NCBI GenBank assembly: GCA_951406725.2
Contig: OX597818.1
Location: forward strand, 58,156,001-58,220,000
DNA length: 64,000 nucleotides
Source: Octopus vulgaris
Lineage: Eukaryota
Direction: 5' to 3'
The position numbers and the translations under genes were made by a program. The notes under the pieces are model-generated. The model had not been told where the DNA came from and made no database searches. It was given only the letters and a program-made list of their open reading frames with translations. This document shows positions 29,645 through 43,940 of this stretch, one piece after another. How positions within the stretch are numbered: the first letter of the stretch is position 1; each line of letters starts with the position of its first letter.

Positions 29645-29832
29645 AATTTTGGCACAAGGCAGGCAAATTTAGGGGAGAGTCTAAATAGATTACAGTAAGT
29701 CTAAGACTCAGTTAGCCTTTTTTTATCGACCCCGAAATGATGAAAATCAAAGTTGACCTTGGTGGAATTTGAACTCGAGAAAACGAACGAATACCGTTAA
29801 GTATTTCGCCCGACATCCTAAGAATTCTGCCA
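29645..29832 (-). mobile_element. SINE group B variant, diverged
   Basis: Homologous to 28140-28341. Confidence 0.65.
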
Positions 29833-30421
29833 TTTTAAGTGTAATAAATACGAAATGACTTTTAGAAGATTAATATTCATTACAAAAATTCTATTCGATG
29901 TTTTTGCGCATGGAACATTCAATTTTAATTATTATTTTCCTTCTAAATTTTCCATTTAACACGCAAATAATTATTTAACTGAAACGACAATTGTCGATAT
30001 GATCTTAGTTGGAAACATTTACACAAATAATTGAATTACAATGTTTTAAGTGAAATATTATAAAAGTTAGGACAACTACTTAAATGAATCCTTGATTATA
30101 TAAATGGGAAACGTTCACAAACCATATAAAATAATTGCAAGTTACAACTTGAAGTTCTAGAAATCGTATTTATAAAATTTACTTAGTGTCACTATAAACA
30201 TTATACAATAATCACAATAATTATATACGTATATATTCAAAATATCTTTTTAAAACTGAATAGCTTCGAATAGCAGTCTATCGCCTCGTTTGTACAGAAG
30301 GGAATATAGCAAGATGTGATTGTGTTAAGAAACTCGCTTCCCTTAGGAAAGTGTTTTCCAGTATTATGACGGGTTTACCGAAGCGTCCTCAAAGTATTTT
30401 GGCGATGAAACTGAAATAAGA

Positions 30422-30471
<50 letters not shown>

Positions 30472-30480
30472 TATATACAT

Positions 30481-30513
<33 letters not shown>

Positions 30514-30554
30514 CATACATATACATATATATATATACATACTTATACATATAT

Positions 30555-30595
<41 letters not shown>

Positions 30596-30825
30596 CGTAT
30601 ATATACACATATATACCATATTATTATTATTACGTGCTGTACATATGAATTTTGTTCCATCTTGCGGGTTATATGTGTATTCTATTATTAAATGTTCGAA
30701 TTATGAAATGACATGCGGTTGATCTTGTATCTGCTTGTTCAATGATTTTAGTTTGATACATACATATATATACATATATATATATATACATACATATATG
30801 CACATACATATATACATATACATAC

Positions 30826-30872
<47 letters not shown>

Positions 30873-31033
30873 CATACATATATATATATACATACATATA
30901 CATATATATATATATATATATACATACATATACATATATATATATACATACTTATACATATATATACATACATACATATATATATGTATATATATATATA
31001 CATATACATACACAGATATATAAACATATATAT

Positions 31034-31088
<55 letters not shown>

Positions 31089-31783
31089 CATATATGTATA
31101 TGTATATTTAATATAAGCTGTCTCTCATTAAACATTATTTTCTATTACTTTAAAATGTTATACAGCATATTTTTATGATTATTATTTCCCACTCAGTGGG
31201 AGATAACCATTATAGCTAAACCGAAGAATGCATGAATAAGTAGATGTTAGCTCTGTATAGAAAATATGTCCAAAATATCTACATCAAGACTTAAATTAAC
31301 TAATAACAGGCTGAAAGAACTAAAAACTTTTAAGAAATTCAACGAACGTTCTAGAATCACATATCCTAAACTCCACACATACGTGGTCTTTTCATAACCA
31401 ACATATATATTTTATCTACTTTCTATCGATCAGAAGAGCACCACTGACACAAAAATATATGAAAAACTAGAAAAATTAGATTAGGACTACAGTTGAAAGT
31501 AAGGTTATTATGTCTCCGACCACTTCAGTACACAAGGCACCCTGTCAAAACAGTAATATCATCCTCGACCCGATGAGATAGATTCCTGATAGCACTATAT
31601 ATATATATATGTATATATATGCTATTAACAGAAAAAACTAAATACGAAAAAGTCGAATGAACAAGCATGTATATTACGTTTGGAGCCTAGGCTCTTCAAT
31701 ACAAAGGAATAGAACAAAATAGACAGAGATTAGTGGTCAAGCATGGCGACACACACAAACGCATATACATACACATATATATA

Positions 31784-31833
<50 letters not shown>

Positions 31834-31872
31834 AAAAAAGGTTTGAAAATGCAATTTAAACGATGTTTATTT

Positions 31873-31913
31873 ACTTAACCGGTTTCACTCTTTGGTAAAA
31901 GATTGTCAAAAGT
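31873..31913 (-). ncRNA. Hammerhead-like motif, U3:A8 variant, in inverted pLTR
   Basis: Minus strand ACTT-TTGACAA-TCTTT tacc AAAGA-gt-GAAA-CCGG-TT-AAGT. The direct copy (~35053-35090) has lost most of GAAACCGG. Confidence 0.55.
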
Positions 31914-31929
31914 TACATTTAAGGAAACA

Positions 31930-32155
31930 TTGAATAATATGGGTTCAAAAAAGTTTTTTACATAATTGTCACATTGAATATTATGCATTCAAAAAAGTTT
32001 TTTACATAATTGTCACATTGGATATTATGGGTTCAAAAAAAGTTTTTTACATAATTGTCACATTGGATATTATGAATTCAAAAATGTTTTTTACATAATT
32101 GTCACATTGGATATTATGAATTCAAAAATGTTTTTTTATACATAATTGTCACATT
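31930..32155. repeat. ~41-bp minisatellite, about 5 units (mirrored at ~34810-35040)
   Basis: Unit ATTATG(A/G)(A/G)TTCAAAA(A)AGTTTTTTACATAATTGTCACATTG(G/A)AT. Confidence 0.9.
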
Positions 32156-32448
32156 ATTTGGGAAAATTTGGCAGAAAAGGATAAAACAAATATATTATTG
32201 GGAATTGGTTGCGTTAATTATTGGTTGTCGCAAATTGTCACATTACATGTATATATATACAATCTTTGGTATATATATACAGCGTTTTGACAGCAAAAAT
32301 TAAAATGGCTTTTTTGTACATCTCAGAATATTTTAAGTATGTTTTTACTGACCTGTCAGTATTAGCAGAAAGGCTGAACTGAGAGAACAGAAGAAGTAGC
32401 CAATGTGGTGTATACTTCCCCTTTATGCATGAATGATTTTGGGGTTAT

Positions 32449-32989
32449 TCCACAACTAAATCAAGACCCACGCCTGAAAAAAATACTGGCAGCTCATAAA
32501 ATAATAAAAAGTAAGAGACAACCTAAATCCCTAAAAAACCTCCTCACCAACGCAAAATTACACAACACAAACCCACCGCCCACCATCAAAAAATGTGGTC
32601 GCCCCAACTGTAAGACCTGCATCCACCTCATTGAGGGATCGTCGTACAAGTTCCACTCGGGACACACATTCATCATAAAAAATAACTTCACGTGCGCATC
32701 AAAAAATTTACTCTACGTCATAAGGTGTGAAGGATGCCACGAAGACTACATAGGGCAAACGAGCCTTACCCTCAGAGACAAAATGACAGTTCACCGACAA
32801 CAACTGAGGGACCCCTCCACAAGACAGATACCACTAAGTGGACACTTAGACCTTTGTGCACACAATAAGTTCCCCAAATTCTTAGTCTTCCCACTATACC
32901 AATGCTCGGACAACACCACAGACCAAACACGAATAAATAAGGAAAGTAATCTTATTCAAAAATACAGACCACAACTAAACATACTCTAA
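32449..32989 (+). pseudogene. PLE C-terminal linker + GIY-YIG endonuclease fragment
   Basis: KRQPKSLKNLLTNAKL..KKCGRPNCKTC..NLLYVIRCEGC..YIGQT..HRQQ..IPLSGHLDLC, aligning with the C-terminus of 10350-12542. Confidence 0.9.
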
Positions 32990-33377
32990 CATACCCCCTG
33001 GAAGCACATCCAGAGCAAGCACACAGGGACGCGCGCACGCTCACAGCATATCGTGCGGGCGGGCACATGCGCGCATCGGCACGCATAGGACACACTAGCG
33101 GGCATTGACCGCACACATACGTGGCATGCACACGCATGCATTATATATATGTAGGTGATGTATGTGTGTGAGTGTTGTGTGTGTGTGTGTGTGTGTGTGT
33201 GTGCACTGTGTGCGTGTGTGTGTATATGTGTGTGTGCGCGCGTTGTTTGTGTGTGTGTGTGTGCACGTGTGTATATATGTGTGTGTGTGTGTGCACTGTG
33301 TGCGGGTGTGTGTGTATGTGTGTGTGTGTGTGTGAGCATTGTGTACGTGTGTATGTATTTACATATGTATCTGTTTT

Positions 33378-33414
<37 letters not shown>

Positions 33415-34194
33415 TGTGTGTGTATATGCATGGTATGTGTGTATATGTTAGTACTTTGTTTGTGTGTATGTGCGGCATGTAGAGATATATTTGAGTGTGT
33501 ACGCTATAGGTTTGTAATTTGTGTGTGTGGGGGGTGGTGAATTTTTTATATATATATATGTGTGTGAAAAAATATATGTATGTGCATGTATGTATGTATG
33601 TATGTGTGTATATATATATATATGTGTATATATATGTGTGTGTGTGTATGTGTGTGTGTGTATATTTATTTGCATGTTTATGTGTGTATAAACATGTACA
33701 TTATTTGCATGCGCATTGTGTATATGTATATTGTATGTATGTGTATTGTATATGTACGTGTACAATTAAGTGTATATATTTGTGTGTATGTGTGCACTGT
33801 ATATATGTATATTGTAGGTGTGCTATATGTGCATGAATACATGTATATGCATTGCGTGTATATATATGTATGCATTGTGTGTGTATGTATGTTATGTGTG
33901 TGTGTGTATATATATATATTATATGTATGCGTATGTGTATGTGTATGCATTGTATGTATGTGTGTTGTGTGTATATGTGGTACATCTATGTATGTGTATG
34001 TAAACACTATTTATATGTATATGTGTATATATGTATATGCATTGTCTATATATATATATATTATATGTATGTATTACGTATGTATATTGCATGCATATAT
34101 TGTGTATGTATATTACTTACATGCTGTATGTGTGTATTGTATGTGTGTATATATATGCTAGGTGTATTTGTGTGATATTTATATTATGTATGTA

Positions 34195-34238
<44 letters not shown>

Positions 34239-35151
34239 GTGTGTGTATGTGTGTTATATATCTGTGTATGTTATATATAGATACATGTTATATTTGTGTG
34301 CTGTGTGTATATGTGATATATGTGGGTGCGTTGTGTGGGTGTGTGTGTTCTGTGTGTGTGTGTGTTGTTTGTATGTGGTGTGTGTTTGTATACTATGTGT
34401 GTGTGTGTGTGTTGTTGTGTGTGTGTGTTTGTGTGTATATATATGTGTGTGACAAACAGATGCTGTCTGACCAGCAGGCACGGACACATCTATTCACACC
34501 CGCATACTAACCTCCTGATAACCCCAAAATCATTCATGCATAAAGGGGAAGTATACACCACATTGGCTACTTCTTCTGTTCTCTCAGTTCAGCCTTTCTG
34601 CTAATACTGACAGGTCAGTAAAAACATACTTAAAATATTCTGAGATGTACAAAAAAGCCATTTTAATTTTTGCTGTCAAAACGCTGTATATATATACCAA
34701 AGATTGTATATATATACATGTAATGTGACAATTTGCGACAACCAATAATTAACGCAACCAATTCCCAATAATATATTTGTTTTATCCTTTTCTGCCAAAT
34801 TTTCCCAAATAATGTGACAATTATGTATAAAAAAACATTTTTGAATTCATAATATCCAATGTGACAATTATGTAAAAAACATTTTTGAATTCATAATATC
34901 CAATGTGACAATTATGTAAAAAACTTTTTTTGAACCCATAATATCCAATGTGACAATTATGTAATAAACTTTTTTGAATGCATAATATTCAATGTGACAA
35001 TTATGTAAAAAACTTTTTTTGAACCCATATTATTCAATGTTTCCTTAAATGTAACTTTTGACAATCTTTTACAAAGAGTGATTTAAGTAAATATCGTTTA
35101 TATTTTCAAACCTTTTTTCTTATATAATCCCACTCGTGCGATACCCCACAA

Positions 35152-35198
<47 letters not shown>

Positions 35199-35432
35199 CT
35201 TTTTGAGTATAACAATATATATATACTATAATATATATATATATTATATATGAAACTTTAAAAAAATTACATCTATTGCAGCTTAAAATGTTATATTTAA
35301 TTATTTCTTTATAGTTCGGAATGTATCACATTTCTTATATTTATACTGTTTTTAATAAGTGCTGGAAGTCGGCAAATAACAGAGCTTATAGATATCTGTG
35401 GTGATATACATTTACTAATCAAAACGACATGC

Positions 35433-35490
<58 letters not shown>

Positions 35491-36512
35491 TTTTATTAAG
35501 TTGCAAATACAAATATAATATACTTTGGTAATGCAAGTTATATATAAGAAAATATAAGTTGTCAAGAACACTTGCTATAGATTATTTCTGAGATAGATAG
35601 ATTACGAAATAGAAAGTGAGGTGGAGGAATGAATATAGTTGTGAGATATGCAGAGATATTGTATTTGTAGATCCATCTTTACTATAGATTATTTTCCTTC
35701 TAAATCTTCCATTTAACACACAAATAATCATTTAACTAAAACGACAATTGTCGATATGATGTTAGTTGGAAACATTTACATAAATAATTGAATTACAATG
35801 TTTTAAGTGAAATATTATAAAAGTTAGGACAACTACTTAAATGAATCCTTGATTATATAAATGGTTCAGAAACCATTTAACATAATTGCAAGTTACAACT
35901 TGAAGTTCTAGAAATCGTATTTATAAAATTTACTTAGTGTCACTATAAACATTATACAATAATCACAATAATTATATACGTATATATTTAAAATATCTTT
36001 TTAAAACTGGATAGCTTCGAATAGATATTTTATCGACATCTTAGAACCTTCGAGTCCTAATATTTAAATCAGATTTGTGCGTATGTTCTGCTTTGAATAT
36101 TATTAAAAAATTTTGAATTAGCTTCAAGTTTTTATCTTGCAGTCATTATGTTCAGACTCTATATTCTGAAGCAAGCAAATATATGTAAACATGGCCACAA
36201 GATATTTTCATAAAGTCGAGAAATATGACATTTTACAACGATATTGGACGACGATAATTACACCGAGGAAGAGGGAATTACTCTATAAATGACAAAAGAT
36301 TCGTTCGTTTCGTTGTTCATTCCCAACAAAAAATCGTTTCTGAATGTCCGCTCTACTTAGCAGTCTATCGCCTCGTTTGCACAGAAGGGAATATAGCAAG
36401 ATGTGATTGTGTTGTTAAGAAACTCGCTTCCCTTAGGAAAGTGTTTTCCAGTATTATGATGGGTTGACCGAAGCGTCCTCAAAGCATTTTGGAGATGAAA
36501 CTGAATTAAGAC

Positions 36513-36584
<72 letters not shown>

Positions 36585-36965
36585 TCATATATATATATAT
36601 ACATGCATATGTATACATATATATATACATAAATATATACACATACATATATACATATATACATATACATACATATACATACATATATATATATATACAT
36701 ACATATACATACATATATATATATACATACATATACATACATATATATATATACATATACATATATATATATATATACATACATATACATATATATATAT
36801 ACATACTTATACATATATATATATATACATATATATACATACATACATATATATATGTATGTATATATATATATATGCATATATATACACATATATATAT
36901 ACGCACACGCACACACACACAAATCCACATACACACACACACACACACACACAAATATATATATA

Positions 36966-37002
<37 letters not shown>

Positions 37003-37388
37003 GTATATTTAATATAAGCTGTCTCTCATTAAACATTATTTTCTATTATTTTAAAATTTTATACAGCATATTTTTATGATTATTATTTCCCACTCAGTGG
37101 CAGATAACCATTATAGCTAAACCGAAGAATGCATGAATAAGTAGATGTTAGCTCTGTATAGAAAAGATGTCCAAAATATCTACATCAAGACTTAAATTAA
37201 CTAATAACAGGCTGAAAGAACTCAAAACTTTTAAGAAATTTAACGAACGTTCTAGAATCACATATCCTAAACTCCACACATACGTGGTCTTTTCATAACC
37301 AACATATATATTTTATCTACTTTCTATCAATCAGAAGACCACCACTGACATAAAAATATATGAAAAACTAAAAACATTAGATTGGACT

Positions 37389-37770
37389 GGAAGCACTCCG
37401 TCGGTTACGACGACGAGGGTTCCGGTTGATCCGAATCAACGGAACAGCCTGCTCGTGAAATTAACGTGTAAGTGGCTGAGCACTCCACAGACACGTGTAC
37501 CCTTAACTTGGTTCTCGGGGATATTCAGCGTGACACAGAGAGTGACAAGGCCGGCCCTTTGAAATAAAGGTACAACAGAAACAGGAAGTAAGAGTGAGAG
37601 AAAGTTGTGGTGAAAGAGTACAGCAGGGATCACCACCATCCCCTGCCGGAGCCTCGTAGGGCTTTAGGTGTTTTCGCTCAATAAACACTTACAACGCCCG
37701 GTCTGGGAATCGAAATCGTGATCCTATGACCGCGAGTCAGCTGCCCTAACCACTGGGCCATTGCGCCTCC
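37389..37770 (-). mobile_element. Full-length SINE group A (tail type 1), present only in duplicate copy 2
   Basis: Head GGAGGCGCAATGGCCCAGTGGTTAGGGCAGCTGACTCGCGGTC (Arg-TCG-like). The empty site AGATTAGGACT is at ~31478 in copy 1, with an imperfect TSD around the insertion. Confidence 0.9.
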
Positions 37771-38053
37771 ACAGATTAGTAGGACTACAGTTGAAAGTAA
37801 GGTTATTATGTCTCCGACCACTTCAGTACACAATGCATCCTGCCAAAATAGTAATATCAACCTCGACCCGAAGAGATTGATTCCTGATAGCACTATATAT
37901 ATGTATAGTTGCTATTAACAGAAAAAACTAAATACGAAAAAGTCGAATGAACAAGCATGTATATTACGTTTGGAGCCTACGCTCTCCAATACAAAGGAAT
38001 AGAACAAAATATGGCGACACACAAACACATGCATATACATACACATATATATA

Positions 38054-38108
<55 letters not shown>

Positions 38109-38175
38109 GTGCATATATGCATATATATATATTTCTTTTATATATACATATTTCTATTATATATATATATATATA

Positions 38176-41100
38176 GGGTGGCCACCGCTGACGCCGGCCC
38201 AGGTGCCACACCGTCAGCCTTTATTGACACCCCGGGTGTCTCACCAGTGCTTCTGCTGAATGTCAGAGGTCTGGTGAAACCCACTAATATGGGTAAAATT
38301 CCTTACCTTAGGGACTTGAGCACAAGCAACCATGCAATATGCATAGCGCTGACTGAAACGCACCTGTCAAGCAGTATAGCAGATGCAGAAATACACATAC
38401 CGAAGTATACTGTTTTTCGGTCGGACAGGAAGGAAAGAACTCATGGTGGGGTTGCCCTGTACGTCCGTGAAGATGTCACACCCATAGTACTGTTGACACA
38501 CTCAAACTCAGTCTGTGACACACTGATAGTACACATGAAACAACCGAAAATAGCAATATGTGTCACATATCGGCCACCAGACACCCCTAGTCATGAAGGA
38601 GTGTTTGAAGATAGCCTCAGAAGAATAGAAGAAGTCCTGGACAAACTGGACCAGGGTAACACCATTCTACTGCTGGGAGATTTTAACCTTCCGAAAGTCA
38701 AATGGCCAGATGGCCATCTCCTCCCTGGAATGACATCACTTGAACAGAGACAGACAGAGTCATTGTTGGCTCTCACACGCAAGTTTTTCATGGAGCAAGC
38801 AGTGCTTTGGCCAACAAGAGGTGAGAATGTCTTGGACCTCTGTTTCACAAGCAACCCGATGCTCATCCACAACATAATGGTAACACCAACAATTCTCTCA
38901 GATCACAACTTAGTAGAGGTAATGATATATGGTATGAGAGAGTTAGTTGAGACGCAGCCATTAGAAAATACCACAGGCCTATCCAGTCTAAACTTCCATA
39001 AGGCAAACTGGAAGAAGATCAACGAAGAGATCCGAAAACATGACTGGAGTGACTTCATCACCACACAAGACACCAACACACATTTCCAACATTTCATGAC
39101 AACAATACAGAACATATGCCATAAGTTTGTCCCGGAGAAAAAAGCCAGCGGGCATAGGAACGTTATTCCCAGAGACAGGAAAATACTTATGAGGCGAAGA
39201 GCTAAGCTCTCGAAGCAACTGAATGCACGGCAGAGAAACAATGAGGGACTCCACCTGAAACTTTTTGAAACGGAAACTGCACTCAAACTTTCCTATGAGA
39301 AGGAGAGGGCAGAGAGAGAAAGCCAGGGCCATAGAGAATATTAAAACAAACCCTAAAGCCTTCTTTAAATTTGCGAAAGAAACCACCTCGGTACACTGCA
39401 AGATTGGCCCACTCTTTGATAAAAAGGGCTCTCTAACTGAGGACACCCGAGGGATAAGTGAAATACTAAAGGAACAGTATAAAAGTGTGTTCACATCCCC
39501 TCTGGGGCACATGCAAATCACAAACCCAGAAGTTTTCTTTGATGCCACAACACTCCAAAACCAAACAACAACCATCGACCACATAGACATAACAGAGAGG
39601 GATGTAATATCTGCCATAGAAGAAATGAGAATAAACTCAGCTGCTGGACCAGATGGATTCCCAGCAGTCCTCCTAAAAACATGCAGGCATGCCCTAGCGG
39701 GACCACTGAAGAAGCTCTTCAGTGGTTCCTTGGCTAACGGTAAACTGCCCAGGGCGCTAAAAGAAGGCACCATATGCCCTATCCACAAAGGAGGGAGTAG
39801 AGCAGAGGCCAAAAACTACAGGCCAGTCTCCCTGACGTCACACATAAGTAAGGTCATGGAACGAATCATCAGAAAAAAACTGATCACGTTCCTCGAAGAA
39901 ACTAACCGTCTCACTGACACACAGCATGGCTTTCGCCCAGGAAGAAGCTGCCTTACGCAGCTGTTACAACACTACGACTGGGTACTGAAACAACTACTGG
40001 ATCGCTCACAGGTGGATGTGGTATATCTCGACTTTGCGAAGGCCTTTGACAAAGTCGACCACGGAGTGATATGTCACAAATTACTCAGACTCGGCATAAC
40101 AGGAAAAGTAGGTGAGTGGATACATGACTTCCTGAAGGACAGAAGCCAGATGGTTGCAGCCAATGGAGCCCTCTCGGGAAAGACACCAATACCAAGCGGG
40201 GTGCCACAGGGCACAGTCTTGGGACCCTTGCTGTTTTTGGTGGCGCTCTCTGACATGCCCTTGGTAGCACAAACAACATCCCTCACTAGCTATGCTGATG
40301 ACACAAAGGTAGCACAGGCAATCAAAAACCCAGCTGATGCTGACCTTTTACAACAAGATCTGGATGCCATATACAAATGGGCTGAAGACAACAACATGCA
40401 ATTTAATGCTGGTAAATTTCAAGCCTTACAATATCAAGCTGTAAACACATATACATTACAACACAACTATACTGGTCCAGGAGGGATCGAAATCCCAGTA
40501 TCGAAATCAATACGGGACCTGGGGATAGACATGAGTGACGATGCATCTTTTTCTTCACACATCGCGAAGGTGGCGACAATGTGCAGACGACTCACTGGAT
40601 GGATCCTGAGGACATTCCGGACAAGAGACTGCGAGACCATGTTGACACTATGGAGGACATTTGTCCTAAGCCGCCTGGACTACTGCTCCCAACTGTGGTC
40701 ACCGCATAGTGTCAAACTAACCACAGAGCTTGAGACAATCCAAAGACATTTCACCAAGAGGATTTTCACCATGAAAGAAAAGAACTATTGGGAGAGGCTT
40801 AGGGAACTCAATTTGTACTCCTTGGAACGAAGACGAGAGAGATATGCAGTGATATACATATGGAAAATCCTGGAGGGACTAGCACCAAATTTTGGAATTG
40901 AGAGCTGTTCCAATCCCCGTACAGGACGTCACTGTGTGGTGCCAAAGGTCCCGTCTTCCACATCCAGGGTAAGGAGCAGATACTGTAATAGCCTGGGGTT
41001 CAGGGGCCCTCAGCTTTTCAACAAACTGCCAAGAAAACTAAGAGATCTACATGATGCGGATGTGGACATTTTCAAAAAACATCTAGACAAGCTGCTTTCC

Positions 41101-41202
41101 GGGATCCCAGATGAACCCACTGCAAGGTACGAAGGTAACCTAAGGGCAGCAGCTACAAACTCTCTCTTAGATCAGTGGCCAGCCACGGCAAACTGGACTT
41201 AG
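38176..41202 (+). CDS. LINE ORF2: AP endonuclease + reverse transcriptase, split by a single +1 frameshift near 39318
   Basis: APE motifs LNVRGL, LTETHL, GGVALYV, YRPP, GDFN, LDL, SDH (ORF 37947-39344). RT motifs AAGPDG, NYRPVSLTS, QHGFRPGRSC, LDFAKAFDKV, SGVPQG, YADD (ORF 39265-41202). Confidence 0.88.
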
Positions 41203-41277
41203 AGAGGGTAGCAACAAGGGCGGTGCCCCAGCATCGCCTCAGCCGGATGGCTGAAACAAGTAAAAGAATAAAAGAAT
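38176..41277 (+). mobile_element. CR1-group LINE family 2 with near-complete ORF2
   Basis: APE + RT, 3' hairpins, (AAAAGAAT)n tail, and duplicated flank 38108-38178 / 41316-41413. Confidence 0.93.
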
Positions 41278-41284
41278 ATATATA

Positions 41285-41315
<31 letters not shown>

Positions 41316-41325
41316 CGTGCATATA

Positions 41326-41366
<41 letters not shown>

Positions 41367-41635
41367 CTTTTATATATACATATTTCTATTATATATATAT
41401 ATATATATTAGGGAGTATAACAACATTGCTACTGAATTAATAATGGATTTCCATGAAACTTTAAAAAAATTACATCTATTGCAGCTTAAAATGTTATATT
41501 TAATTATTTCTTTATAGTTCGGAATGTATCACATTTCTTATATTTATACTGTTTTTAATAAGTGCTGGAAGTCGGCAAATAACAGAGCTTATAGATATCT
41601 GTGGTGATATAAAGTTACTAATCAAAACGACATGA

Positions 41636-41701
<66 letters not shown>

Positions 41702-42014
41702 TTTTATCAATTTGCAAATACAAATATAACTCGTATCAGTTTGGTAACGCAAGTTATATATAAGAAAATGTAAGTTGTCAAGAACACTTACTATAGTTTA
41801 TTTCCGAGAGAGTATTAGGTTGGAAACATTTAAACACTCGTTATATAAACGAATGTTATACTCTAGGGGTATAGGAGATTATACTTTTGCAATTTTTATC
41901 TGTACTACTTATGGGAATATTCAAATGATAAACACATAGAACTAATCATATATATATATATATATATATATGATTAATTGTATGTGTTTCTACATTCACA
42001 CATATATATTAATA

Positions 42015-42080
<66 letters not shown>

Positions 42081-43110
42081 GTTTACAGATTTCGAAATGT
42101 CATTTTAGTATGCTTCGACTGTTCAAGAAAAGAGCAAATGCTTGTTTTGCGAGACCTTTCAGCCCTCGGCGATGTAAAAATACCATTCAAATGCAGTTTC
42201 TCCTATAGGTTGAAAATAGAGTTTGCTTTCCTTTTGTTTTCCAAATGGACTGCCATTATATCATGTAAAAGAATCTATGTTTTCTAAGCCATTATATAAA
42301 AACTGATTTCTTGAAATTATTTCTACGTCTTAACTGTCAGATCCAGCAAATATATATTTCCGTAAACTACGAGTAAAAATGCCTACCTCTTTATAGTTGA
42401 AAATATCAAGTAAGAAGGTTAATTGTTTTAGCAGCGGGATGCCGTTATTCATTTCCACATTCATTTTCTCTCTATTCAATGAAATACAATTCTAAGTATA
42501 TCATTCCGAATGCAGTAGCAGAAATATATATATATTAGTGCAACCAGATACACAAGAAAACCAATTGCTACGTAATTCCCTGAAACTCAACAAAATAGAT
42601 GTAGGTTATATGAATACAGACTGCTGATGAAACAAAGATATACCTCAGATATATTAGTTTACTGGAAATATCATGAATAAAATAAATGCTAACTCAACGT
42701 CTATATCCAGTTTTGTGTAAACAAGTTATATAGAAAACAAATGCAGCAGAGAAGTGACAGGAAAAATACAAAGTAATTAACGATATGGAAGCAACACATG
42801 AGTTAGAGTTAAACTGTCTCGGCATAATAACATTTGGTGTTCAGAGTAACACAAAATGCATTAACATTTTATTAATTGTAGTCATTAGCTTCTAAACAAT
42901 TAGCGATATACTGATAATAAACACGTGCAAGTAATCTATTGAGATATTTAATTTGACAAAACGATCGATTGTGCATATGACGCATATATTTTCTTTTAAG
43001 AGTTTTGGCTCAGCTTCAGCTAGCTGTAAGTTTCTAGTCAGTAAACTCCATCTATGTAACACAATTTTCTGGTAACCTTTAAGTCCTGACGAACACATGT
43101 GCCAGTATTC

Positions 43111-43458
43111 ATACATACATACATGCACACATGCATACAAACATACATACATACATACACACATACACACATACATGCATACATACACACAAACATACAT
43201 ACATACGTACATTCATACATACATACATACATACATACATACACACATACATGCATACACACACACATACACACAAACATACACACAAACATACATACGT
43301 ACATTCATACACACATACATACATACATACATACATACACACATACATACAAACATACACACATACATACACACATACATGCATATATACATACACACAA
43401 ACATACACACAAACACACACAAACATACATACATACATACATACATACATACATACAC

Positions 43459-43489
<31 letters not shown>

Positions 43490-43940
43490 TACATACATAC
43501 ATACATACATGCATACATACATACATACACACAAACATACACACAAACATACATACATACGTACATTCATACATACATTCATACATACATACATACATAC
43601 ATACATACATACATACATACATACATACATACATACATACATACATACGTACGTACGTACGTACGTACGTACATACATACATACATACATACATACATAC
43701 ATACATACATACATACATACATACATACATACATACATACATACATACATACATACATACATACATACATACATACATACATACATACATACATACATAC
43801 ATACATACATACATACATACATACATACATACATACATACATACATACATACATACATACATACATACGTACGTACATACATACATACATACATACATAC
43901 ATACATACATACATACATACATACATACATACATACGTAC
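43111..43940. repeat. (CATA)n/(CACA) compound satellite, ~830 bp
   Basis: Direct inspection. Confidence 0.95.

Larger units (their letters stand above)
31831..35155 (+). mobile_element. Truncated PLE with inverted pLTR copy at its 5' end
   Basis: 31831-32448 is the reverse complement of 34518-35121. Between them lie a GIY-YIG ORF fragment and a low-complexity tract. Flanked by (TA)n. Confidence 0.88.

Noticed and set aside
37700-37770. tRNA-Arg gene (also 59257-59325 and 280-350)
   Set aside because: The A/B boxes run straight into repeat bodies present in several copies, so these are SINE heads.
38988-39812. 274-aa minus-strand ORF, and other antisense ORFs over the LINE and PLE
   Set aside because: These are antisense shadows of retroelement ORFs with no independent motifs.
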